Assembly: GCF_016432865.1 (NCBI RefSeq)
Contig: NC_067399.1
Location: 633,702,001-633,766,000 of the forward strand
From: Antechinus flavipes
Lineage: Eukaryota
Direction: 5' to 3'
Length of the DNA: 64,000 nt
The position numbers and the translations under genes were made by a program. Of this stretch, positions 1 through 9,899 are shown piece after piece; the stretch's first letter is position 1; each line of letters starts with the position of its first letter. The notes below the pieces were generated by a model. The model saw only the letters and a list, made by a program, of their open reading frames with translations, was not told the DNA's origin and did not search any database.

Positions 1-335
1 TAACTTGGGAAACCATATTTATGGATACTACAATGTAAACTCAAAGAATAAAGAACCAAATACAATATTTTGCAATTCTAAAGACCAAATTGTGTCCTGG
101 AGATGATTTTTTTTTAAATTTATCTTCCTCCCTTCAGTGTAGAATGAAGGACTCTGGGTAAAAAATATACTCTTAGTCAGGATTGAGATATTGTTTAGTT
201 TTTATGAACTATTCATTTTAATTCTGTGTTATAGGAAAAGACTCACTGGATAGGAGGGGCAGGGAAGAATATTCTTGAAAAAGGATCATATAGTCCCAAA
301 TGATATCAATAAAAGTCAGAAGAAAAAAAATGAAC
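1..335 (+). mobile_element. Decayed L1 3' end fragment
   Basis: Resembles marsupial L1 3' UTRs as I recall them, ending in an A-rich tail (aataaaagtcagaagaaaaaaaa). Confidence 0.5.
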
Positions 336-696
336 AAATCAAATCAAAAACCACAAAAAGAAAAGGTTTTTTAAGGTGATTGGGAGGTTAACTAGCATTA
401 GGATTAATAAGGGTAGAATGCTTAAAATGACTGCTGGTACCCTTACTTTTTGCAGGATATTTTATGTCTACTAGGAAAAATGAATACACCCATAATACCA
501 GCACTTTTAGGTAACTGAATAACCCTCAGAAAATGGCAAAGATGCATCTAAAAAGTGAAAAATGGAGCAGGCCTTCTTTCCTATCCAATTCCAATAACTG
601 GCCATGACTGATAACTACCACATAAGGGCTTGAATATGTTCTCTCCACTTTTCAAAGAATCTTTTTCCATATAGTAGTTGGGCTCTTCCACCATCA

Positions 697-965
697 GCAG
701 CATGGCTTAGTTGCCAAAATTTTGTATTTGGAATCAAAAAGTTCTGAGTGCAGATCCTACCTCAGACATTTGTTAGCTTGGTTGTCCTAAGCAGGTCACT
801 TAATTAACTCTAAACTTCACTATCTTTGTCTATAAAGAGGGAATAATAATAGCACCTACCTCAGAGGATTAAAGTAAAAATCAAATGATCAAATAAGATA
901 ATATATATAAACTATTTTACAAAGCTTCAGGCACTATATGAACATGAATTATTATTACTGTTATT
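697..965 (+). mobile_element. MIR (CORE SINE)
   Basis: gcagcatggc...ttggaatcaaaaagttctgagtgcagatcc...gcaggtcacttaa...aataatagcacctacctca matches the MIR head, CORE and tail. Confidence 0.8.
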
Positions 966-1039
966 GTGGTTAGTTGTCATAATAGAAGTGAATATGGAAT
1001 AGAGTTATAGAAATATTGTTCAAAAATAAACGTGATCAA

Positions 1040-1200
1040 CTAGGCTATTTTAGTGTTATAAATAATTAAATCAACTACAAAGGACCTATCAAGAAAGATG
1101 TTATCCATCTCTAGAAAAATAATTGATAAATAGGAGCATGCACAATGTGATTTTACATGCACACATACATATAAAATAGCATTTAATAAACTCCTTCCCA
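1040..1200 (+). mobile_element. L1 3' fragment
   Basis: aaggacctatcaagaaagatgttatccatctctagaaaaataattgataaataggag is typical of marsupial L1 3' regions. Confidence 0.55.
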
Positions 1201-1277
1201 CTCTAAATTAATATAATGAATAAGGCAAAATTGAAAAAACCAACCTTGGAAAGAACGCCACTCATTTCTGCCCTTAC

Positions 1278-1367
1278 CTTCTGAAATAATGGGTTTACCA
1301 AGTATCCTGAGCATAGTTCTGAACCACTATGGCTAAAGTCAGGCAGGATCTTAACATAGAACTTCAT
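1278..1367 (-). CDS. Candidate 90-nt phase 0-0 exon, MKFYVKILPDFSHSGSELCSGYLVNPLFQK; protein not recognised
   Basis: Minus strand: gtttgcag|ATG...CAGAAG|gtaagg; 30 open codons, strong donor, repeat-free context. No homology support. Confidence 0.2.
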
Positions 1368-2544
1368 CTGCAAACCTATTTGCTATGAAAGAAGATGCTC
1401 GGGATGTTCAGCTCCTGCAAGAGATGTAGCCCTTCATTATAAGATATGCAACTTCATGTATTATAAAATAAACACCTTATATCATAAAGAATGATTTTTT
1501 AATATGTATTTGTAAAAAGTAATATGGAATGGATGCTGAGTGTTAATTCTGATGTACTTTAGCTCTGACTTTCACCTTTTTCTGTGTATCCAATAAAATG
1601 GATACACACATAAGAAAAATGGAAGTTTTATGAGGGCAAAGACTGCTTGCATTTCATACAACATCAAGCCATCTGTGGAAGGGGAAACCATCAGAATCAG
1701 AAAGCTCGAAGGCACCTTATGGGTCATCTGGTCCAAACAATGAGTTTTGGCTGGAGCTTAACTATCAAGAGTTTCACCCAGGGTTAGCAATGGAGTGGGA
1801 AGACAATTGGGGACAAGGACCTGCCAGGGCAGGAAAGGGGTCCTCTGGAATATTAGTCTTAAGTATTTTCTCTTTTGAAGAAAGAACTAGAAGGAAAAAG
1901 TAAATGTGTTGCTTTTACTAGGGTAAGAAGCACTTTATCTGGGAAGGTGCTTCTCCAAATATTCCACCCTGGGGCAAAGACCGAGATGCTTCAACCTTAC
2001 TTTAGGTTCCAGCTGTAGCTTCTCCAATGTTTGGGTTTTTTCCCTCTTCTAGGTCACTACTATGGTAAGAATTAATAGTCACAGGTATGTTTGCTAGTCT
2101 AGGATCATGGTTTATATTGCGCCAGGGTCTCCAGAAGGATACACCACTGGGGAAACATGTAATGTAAATCCCAACCACTCTGTCAATCAATAATCCTTCA
2201 TTAAGTCCCTATTATGGGGCAAAAACTGTGTGAGGCACTGAGGGCATGAGAGGAAAATGAAATGATCTCTGTCCTCAAGGAACCTTCCTTTAATAGAGGA
2301 AGACAATCTGTATATATACTTGTCATGGCTTCAGTTTCCCAGCCCTAGAGTTGGATATGAACACATAACCCTAAAATGTCTCTTTTGTACTTTACAATAT
2401 GATTTCCCACATTCCCCCAAACTCTGAACTCTAGTCATGTTTTAAAATTAATCTTAAAATTCTAGAGGGTTGCTTAAGAGTCAGATACTATTTATTAACT
2501 TTGAATCTCCCTCCCCCAAAGATAAAATAAATATGAAGAGATGA

Positions 2545-2935
2545 CAAATCACTTAGACTAACTAATGTTCGCGTATGTGCCAGACACTGGGCCAAGTGCT
2601 TAGGTTACAGAAAAAGGCAAAAATAATCCTGCAGTCAAGGAGACCATAGAATAAAGGGAAGAAAAACATGAAAACAATTATGCACAAACAAGAGGCAGGC
2701 AAAATTGGGAGATGGATAATTGGAGATAATCACATAGGGAAGGCACTAGCATCAAGGGGGACTGGGAAAGACTTCTTATAGAAGGTGAGATTTTAATTGG
2801 AACTTGGAGTAAGTTAGAATACAGAAACAAGGAGGGAAAGAATTCCAGACATGGGGAATAATTAGTGAAAATGTCCAGAGTGGAGTGTCTTGGAGAATAA
2901 CAGGAAGGATGTCATTGTGAATGGATCACAGAGTT
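2545..2935 (-). mobile_element. L2 LINE 3' fragment
   Basis: tatgtgccagacactgggccaagtgcttagg...ggaaagacttcttatagaaggtgag is the reverse complement of the L2 3' end. Confidence 0.7.
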
Positions 2936-3114
2936 AAATAAACAAAAAGCAACCAACATCTCAATGTTCAAATTACACAAGTTATTTTGCTATGACTTGC
3001 AAATAAGCAACAAAGAAAAAAAATTTTTTTCTCCCAAATCTACCTTGGAACACTCGGTTATGTAGTGTCTTCTTTTAAAAGTTTTTCAGACTTAGAGCTC
3101 CAACCTCTTTTTGT

Positions 3115-3460
3115 AACATCTACCCAGTGACTGCAATTCTGCCCAGTGGACTAACAAAGAACACGCTTATTCTCTCTTCCATAAGACTGCTATTCCTATA
3201 GTTAAAGACAGTTATCGTGAACCCCTGAAGTTTTCTCTTCTCCAAGATAATCACTCTTGGTTCTTTTGACTGTTCCTCAAATTCTGAGTGCCCCACTTTG
3301 GATGTATTCAAGTTTGTCCTATTAAAAATGTATCACATGTAGCCTGTCTAGTGCAGACTACTCTCTTCCTGTGTGACTGATACACTATTTCTATTAATGC
3401 CTCCTAAGCCTATTCATGTTTTAGTGGCCATTGGCTCTTGTTAAGATTGTGTTCTCCTAA
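3115..3460 (-). mobile_element. L3/CR1 LINE 3' fragment
   Basis: gttaaagacagttatcgtgaacccctgaagttttctcttctccaag is the reverse complement of the CR1 ORF2 3' end. Confidence 0.7.
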
Positions 3461-3769
3461 AACTCACAAGAACAGATGTTAAAATCAGATCTCCCCTTGC
3501 TATTTTTCAGTACAGAGTTTTTAAAAAAGACAAAGAAACAAAGTACAGCAGTACATTTATCTCAGTTAAATCAGGTAACAAGTGAGCTGCCACATAGACA
3601 CAAGCCAGTAAAATGTCCCTTGTTGATGAGGTGGCTGAAGAGCATCAATAACAAACACAAGATGCATTGAGGTCTGTGTCTGGAGCTCAGCCACTTCAAT
3701 GGATCCTTCCTGCCTGAGATGGGTTGGATTTCATGACTCACAGGCTGGGATGCTGCTGTGTGATCACAG

Positions 3770-3854
3770 GATGATGGATTTAGCTCGAAGGCACCTTATG
3801 GGTCATCCGGTCCAAGTTGTTCATTTTATAGATGTGGAAAAGGAAAGTACTAAG
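3770..3854 (-). mobile_element. MIR3-type SINE, left half (interrupted by hAT element)
   Basis: agctcgaaggcaccttatgggtcatccggtccaa...ttcattttatagatgtggaaa; the element resumes at about 6320. Confidence 0.7.
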
Positions 3855-6319
3855 TAGGGGTATCTCAGAGCCAACTCAGACCTGCTCATGAGAGTTGGTT
3901 GTTAAATGTTCAGTGTGAGCAAACACTGCAAATAAAAGTCTGATTTATTATTTTGATGATTACCCAAGTTTAAGAAAAAGATGAAGAAAATATTAATAAA
4001 ACAAATTCACGTTAAAAGTCTATCGTAGATGTATGTATGTGTGTGTACATATATACACACACATATATATTTATTTGTATGTGTATATACATATATACAC
4101 ATTTGATTTCATTTGAACTTCANNNNNNNNNNNNNNNNNNNNNNNNNNNNNNNNNNNNNNNNNNNNNNNNNNNNNNNNNNNNNNNNNNNNNNNNNNNNNN
4201 NNNNNNNNNNNNNNNNNNNNNNNNNNNNNNNNNNNNNNNNNNNNNNNNNNNNATATGTGGGNNNNNNNNNNNNNNNNNNNNNNNNNNNNNNNNNNNNNNN
4301 NNNNNNNNNNNNNNNNNNNNNNNNNNNNNNNNNNNNNNNNNNNNNNNNNNNNNNNNNNNNNNNNNNNNNNNNNNNNNNNNNNNNNNNNNNNNNNNNNNNN
4401 NNNNNNNNNNNNNACTCCAGATTAAGTCTGTCATAGATGTACGTATGTGTGTGCATTTATATATATACACACATATATATTTGTGTGTAAATGTATGTGT
4501 ATAAATAGATATATTTAATTATATAATATATACATTTGTGTGTGTGTTTGTGTATATTTGTATGTGTGTGTATATATACATACTTGATTTCATTTGAACT
4601 CCAGATTAAGTCTGTCATAGATGTACGTATGTGTGTGTATTTATATATATACACACATATATATTTGTGTGTAAATGTATGTGTATAAATAGATATATTT
4701 AATTATATAATATATACATTTGTGTGTATATATGTACATATAGATATATTTACTTCTATATATAATATATATTTGCTTGTATATATATAGATATATCTAT
4801 TTCTATATATAATATATATTTGTGTGTATATATTAATTTCTACATATAATATATATTTGCATGTGTACATATAGATATATCTATTTCTATATATAATATA
4901 TATATAAGGTGTATATACACATACACATTTGATTTCATGGAACTTCAGGCTAAATCTGTGATAGATATGTACATGTATGCATGTGTATGTGTGTGTGTGT
5001 GTGTGTGTGTATATATTTGGGTGTGTATATGTGGGAGTGTATATATATTATATATACATTTGTGTGTATATTATATATTTGTNNNNNNNNNNNNNNNNNN
5101 NNNNNNNNNNNNNNNNNNNNNNNNNNNNNNNNNNNNNNNNNNNNNNNNNNNNNNNNNNNNNNNNNNNNNNNNNNNNNNNNNNNNNNNNNNNNNNNNNNNN
5201 NNNNNNNNNNNNNNNNNNNNNNNNNTTTGAATTCCAGATTAAGTCTGTCATAGATGTGTGTGTATATACGTGTGTGTATACATATATACATATAAATGTA
5301 TATAGATAGATAGATAGATTTAATTATATACTATATACATTTGTGTGTATGCGTGTGTACATATAGACATATTTATTTCTGTGCATAACATATATTTGCG
5401 TGTGTATTTATATATTTATTTCTATATATAATATATATTTGTGTATGTACATATATTTATTTCTATATAATATATATTTGTGTGTGTACATATATATTTA
5501 TTTCTATATGTAATATATATTTGCGTGTGTACATATAGATATATTTATTTCTATATATAACATATATTTGCGTGTGTACATATAGATATATTTATTTTTA
5601 TATATAACATATATTTGCGTGTGTACATATAGATATATTTATTTCTATATATAATATATATTTGCGTGTGTACATATAGATATATTTATTTCTATATATA
5701 TTTGTGTGTGTACATATAGATATATTTATTTCTATATATAATATATATTTGCGTGTGTACATATATTTATTTCTATATAATATATATTTGTGTGTGTACA
5801 TATATATTTATTTCTATATGTAACATATATTTGCGTGTGTACATATAGATATATTTATTTCTATATATAACATATATTTGCGTGTGTACATATAGATATA
5901 TTTATTTCTATATATAACATATATTTGCGTGTGTACATATAGATATATTTATTTCTATATATAACATATATTTGCGTGTGTACATATAGATATATTTATT
6001 TCTATATATAACATATATTTGCGTGTGTACATATAGATATATTTATTTCTATATATAACATATATTTGCGTGTGTACATATAGATATATTTATTTCTATA
6101 TATAATATATATTTGCGTGTGTACATATAGATATATTTATTTCTATTATATATATATATATATATATATATGGTATACACACACACACTTGATTTCATTC
6201 GAATTTCAGGCTAAATCTGTGATAGATATGTACATGTGCATGTGTGTATATACTTGATTTCATACACACACAAATAATTCTAGAGAGCCTGTTGTCAAAC
6301 ACTTGCCAGGACACTCCAA
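3855..6319 (+). mobile_element. MER63-like (hAT-Blackjack) non-autonomous DNA transposon with internal VNTR expansion
   Basis: 5' part taggggtatctcagagccaactc...gagagttggttgttaaatgttcagtgtgagc; 3' end gagagcctgttgtcaaacacttgccaggacactccaa; degenerate 8-bp TSD gtactaag (3847-3854)/gtaacaag (6320-6327); aligns with the copy at 63860-64000. Confidence 0.75.
4014..6262. repeat. Complex TA/TG-rich VNTR: about 184-bp higher-order units plus a homogeneous 47-bp array
   Basis: Anchor ttgatttcatttgaactccagattaagtctgtcatagatgt recurs near 4103, 4414, 4584, 4929, 5226 and 6189; unit agatatatttatttctatatataacatatatttgcgtgtgtacatat (47 bp) is tandem over about 5500-6140; three gaps inside. Confidence 0.95.
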
Positions 6320-6420
6320 GTAACAAGGATTGATTGGTCCAAGATTACACAGCTAGTCCGTGGGAACGGTAGAATTTGAATCCAAGACTCCAGTCTCCTC
6401 TCCCAGCTCCCTTTCCACTT
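6320..6420 (-). mobile_element. MIR3-type SINE, right half
   Basis: ggtccaagattacacagctagt...gaatttgaatccaagactcc...ctttccac continues the CORE broken at 3854. Confidence 0.7.
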
Positions 6421-6508
6421 AGCCCGTTGCCTGACAGAGGATGCGATCAAACTTGGGCAAAGTTCCAGCATTTCTTCTAAGATCCCAAAGAGCTCTGACT
6501 CCATTTGG

Positions 6509-6539
6509 GTCACATGACGCGGCGAGATGATCATGTGAC
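6509..6539. promoter_or_regulatory. Inverted pair of M-box/CLEAR-type E-boxes (MiT/TFE or USF type)
   Basis: GTCACATGAC (6509-6518) and ATCATGTGAC (6530-6539). Confidence 0.45.
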
Positions 6540-6787
6540 AAAACAGCTCTATATCAGCGTGATTTGATTGCACGGTACATCCCACTCAACTACATCTTTA
6601 ATTCATTTGAACTCAGTTTGCTTTATATCTAGTCAGTTGTACCACAGTAAATTCAATATCCCTCAATCTGTAATGTATATTTCATTGGATTCGATGTATG
6701 ACATTCTGTTATGTTTTATTCAGTTTCGTATACTTCCGAATCAATCGTTTTATGTGCCCCTTTCCATTCAGCACAAAGTATCCATTG

Positions 6788-6927
6788 TTAGGGCTTGTTT
6801 ATTTCAGGATGATTTATATCTCTTTTGCTCTCTGTTGCTTTACGGCTGTCTATACATGCAATATCTATTTCTTCATCCATCCCACGGATGGGGAGGTCAC
6901 ATGGTCTGGTACACACTGTACCCCATC
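6788..6927 (-). CDS. Candidate terminal coding exon, (G)WGTVCTRPCDLPIRGMDEEIDIACIDSRKATESKRDINHPEINKP*; protein not recognised
   Basis: T18 tract + aaatcacatcag| acceptor, 45 open codons, TAA at 6790-6788, AATAAA about 68 nt downstream (plus-strand tttatt 6715-6720). Confidence 0.2.
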
Positions 6928-7419
6928 CTGATGTGATTTAAAAAAAAAAAAAAAAAACATCCTGTTCCTGGATATGTTTACTTTCCTTGACATGTGTAAC
7001 GTGAAATGATCCTAGGTTTTCGTGGCTCTCGGCATGGTTTTGACTAATAAAGGGAGAAAAGTAAAACATAACAAAAACGATCAGGATATCTGCGAGCCTG
7101 CGCTTTCTGATTATTTCCTATTGGAACAGGCCCCTCCCGCAGAGACTGGGGCGCTTTGTGCTCCGCGTCCCCTGGAATCTCAGCGTTCCCGAATTGTCCG
7201 CACGTGCTACACTATCCGTCCTGAAAGCCGGAGACTGGCATTGCCAGGAGGTCCTCACTGGGAACTCGCTGAGTGAATGGTTGGATGGATAGTGTGTTGT
7301 GTGGTTATAGTGTTTAGTGTCAACAATTCCCACAGAGCCTTCTATACATTATCTCATCCGAACTTCATAGTCACCCTGCCAGGAAAGCAGTGTCTATGTG
7401 CCTGTGTGTGGATATACAT

Positions 7420-7610
7420 AGATATGTATTATACAGACGTGTGTGTCTATGGGTATGAGCATGAATAGATATATGTGTGTGTGCACATATATATAATTCG
7501 TATATATATATGTTTATGTGGACATGTGTGGATATGGCTATATACATTTATATGTATATGTGTGCATGTGTATGTCTATTGTATAATATGGATATACATA
7601 TGTGTGTATG
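7420..7610. repeat. TA/TG low-complexity tract
   Basis: Alternating tatatg/gtgt motifs. Confidence 0.85.
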
Positions 7611-7919
7611 AATGGCATTAGTGTTGGGAGGGCAGAGGATTCAAAATGTGAGAAGCAGAATAAATAAAGATGCAACATCATGGAAAAGAAAAAGGGGAAG
7701 GGCTGGACCTGCTTGGTGGCAGTCAGACTTCGGCTTGATCATACTAAAAAAAATTAGGATAGATTAAAGAGGGCCCCACATGTCAAGCTAAGAATCTAGG
7801 ACTTTAACCTAACTTAATAGGGTTATGGGGACTCATCAAAAGTTTGGAAAGCATACCACACTATAAAATATGCCATGCTTTTTAAAAATAAAACGAGACT
7901 AAATAATTTTATAAATTGC

Positions 7920-8320
7920 TTTTAGACATGGAGGGAGGGGATTCATCACTGACATATATTAATATAAAAGCATATCTTACTAAAAAACAACAGATTTAAT
8001 AGAAGGGAAGGAAAAGTAGCACCTTATATAAATGAGATATCCCACTGAAAGGAAATCCAGGAACTTCAAGATGGGAGCATATTGGAGAGAATTTAGGTAA
8101 AAATAATTGGAGCGACAATCGGTTATGATACTGTTATGGGAATGTTCAACAGCCTACTCAAGAAGATGGAGAAAACAGATGATGTTTTCTTACACAAAGG
8201 TAGCACAGTAACAAGATATGATATTAATTAAGGATTTTGATTATCTATACTTTAAAGTTTCATTTTGTGAAAAATGTAACATATGATAAAATTATGGCTT
8301 ACTCTTGTAATAGCCTGCTT
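7920..8320 (+). mobile_element. L3/CR1 ORF2 endonuclease-domain fossil
   Basis: Degenerate translations DTVMGMFNSL (cf. DIIVGVYYRP) and DMILIKDFDYL (cf. DIVVMGDFNYP). Confidence 0.65.
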
Positions 8321-8489
8321 TCTTCAGTCTTTTCTCCTCGCCAATCCATCCACTAAATAGCCATAAGATTAAATTATATTTATAATTTATATTTAAATTA
8401 ACTATAAAAACACACAGAAGGAAAAGAGGCATTTCTAACAACAATCAGCTTAAAATATTACTAACAATGTTTTAATTGTTATTGTCAGA

Positions 8490-9330
8490 TGGTTTCTCAG
8501 CAACCTCATCAGCTTCCATGAATCTAATTATCATCATTATGTAGATGACTTCCAGATCCATATAGTCAGCCTCAGTCTTCCCCCTGAGCTTCAGTACCAC
8601 ATCAATATTCTATTGAGTATTTCAAGCTGAATGTCCCAAAGACAACTCAAATTCAAGACAACCAGAACAGAATGTCTTATGTTCTTCCTCCCAAATCCAA
8701 CTTTTCCAATGTGTGCTATTTTTGTCAAAAGGAATATCTTTCTTTCACTCTCCCGGGTATTATTCTTATTCTTAGCTTTGCACTACAAATCTTGCCATTT
8801 CTAATTCAATAATCCTTGCATCCAACCTTTTCTCTCTCTACCATTTTAGTTTTGACCTTGCTTCTTACCTAAGTGACTTCAATAGTCTCTTAATTGGTCT
8901 CCCTTAATAGGTCAAGTCCTATACCAATCTACTCTATCCTATATATCCTATATATATAAATAATCCTATATATTATTCTATATGTGTATATATGTATGTA
9001 TGTATATATATATACATACACATATACATATATGCATATACATATACATACATACATAACTACTGTCCAAAATTTCCTTAAATGCAGATCTGGCTGTGTC
9101 ACTCTGAAAATCACTCAGTGGTGATAATTTTCTACCCCTATTACCTTCAGGATCAAATATAACCTCTTCTGTTTAGCTTTTAAAAGACTCACAACCTGAT
9201 CCCAACTAAACTTTCTATATCTCATTGGCCATCCATTTCCTTCTACTTGTGATACAAACTAGTTTTTTCCGTCTTTCTCCTCATGTAAAATTCTCTATCT
9301 CCAGTCTATATCCATATGAACTAAACTGAG
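8490..9330 (+). mobile_element. L2 ORF2 fragment with an internal TA-rich microsatellite (8930-9060)
   Basis: tatgtagatgacttccagatccatata = YVDDFQIHI, the decayed YADD motif of L2 reverse transcriptase. Confidence 0.75.
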
Positions 9331-9899
9331 AATTGTGAGTAAATGGCAGCTTATAATGACTTAGAAAATCACTCATAAGTATTTCCATAAAGCCATAAGA
9401 ATGCATGAGTAGGAAGATGATAAAGAAAGGCAAAAAGAATCAACTATAAAATTGTCTGCCCAAGCACAAACATTCCCAAAAGCTTGTGGGAGTTTAGGGT
9501 GAAGAGAAGCTGGACTATGGAAGGCAAAGCATAAATATCTAGATCCCTTAACAGGAGCCAAATCAGTGGCCAGAATTGGGTGACTCAGGAGAGGAAGCCA
9601 TTCCCAAATCAGCATCTGGGCAGCCTCGGTCTAAGCCATAGCATAAGACAACGTCATATAATTCCTACAGAATCGAGGGCCTAATCTGAGTTACTGATTC
9701 AGGATCAAGGAAGGCCTTCCTATCCACACCATCACAGAGTATGGGATCAGAGTTTCACCTAAGCACAATTGTCTGTGTGGTGCCTGAAGATATAAGTAAA
9801 GAAGAAAATAATAAAAAAAGAAAAAGAAAAATACTTTGAACTGAGAGGAGTCCAAGGAGATTAAGTTTAAAAGAAGAGAGTAATTTTCTAACAAGCCCA

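Larger units (their letters stand above)
6420..7270. promoter_or_regulatory. Orphan CpG-enriched block, candidate promoter or enhancer
   Basis: About 30 CpGs in about 850 bp (counted by eye) versus about 0-1 per kb in flanks; repeat-free; several E-boxes; ATTGG near 7120. Confidence 0.55.

Noticed and set aside
456-510. Plus-strand pseudo-exon (ttttgcag|GAT...TTAG|gtaact)
   Set aside because: Splice signals only; no recognisable peptide; chance level in AT-rich DNA
3511-3574. Plus-strand pseudo-exon (ttttcag|TAC...TCAG|gtaaca)
   Set aside because: Same reason; low-complexity A-rich frame
4037-5801. ORFs across the VNTR and N-gaps
   Set aside because: Artefacts of N runs and TA/TG repeats (Y/I/C/V/M-only peptides)
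4100-6240. Repeated anchors with variable spacers, superficially CRISPR-like
   Set aside because: Mammalian DNA, spacers are TA/TG microsatellite, spacing is irregular, no cas genes; anchors derive from the hAT element
6295-6585. 96-aa minus-strand ORF
   Set aside because: Its last third is MIR-derived, there is no convincing splice pair, and CpGs fall at all codon positions
6804-6931. C/D snoRNA reading (ATGATT...CTGA)
   Set aside because: C box is poor, and the terminal stem overlaps the boxes instead of flanking them
6568-6936. 122-aa plus-strand ORF
   Set aside because: TTG start, hydrophobic composition expected from T-rich DNA, no recognisable domain
6924-6964. A18 flanked by catcctg as a truncated retro-insertion
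   Set aside because: 7-bp match is too short and there is no identifiable body
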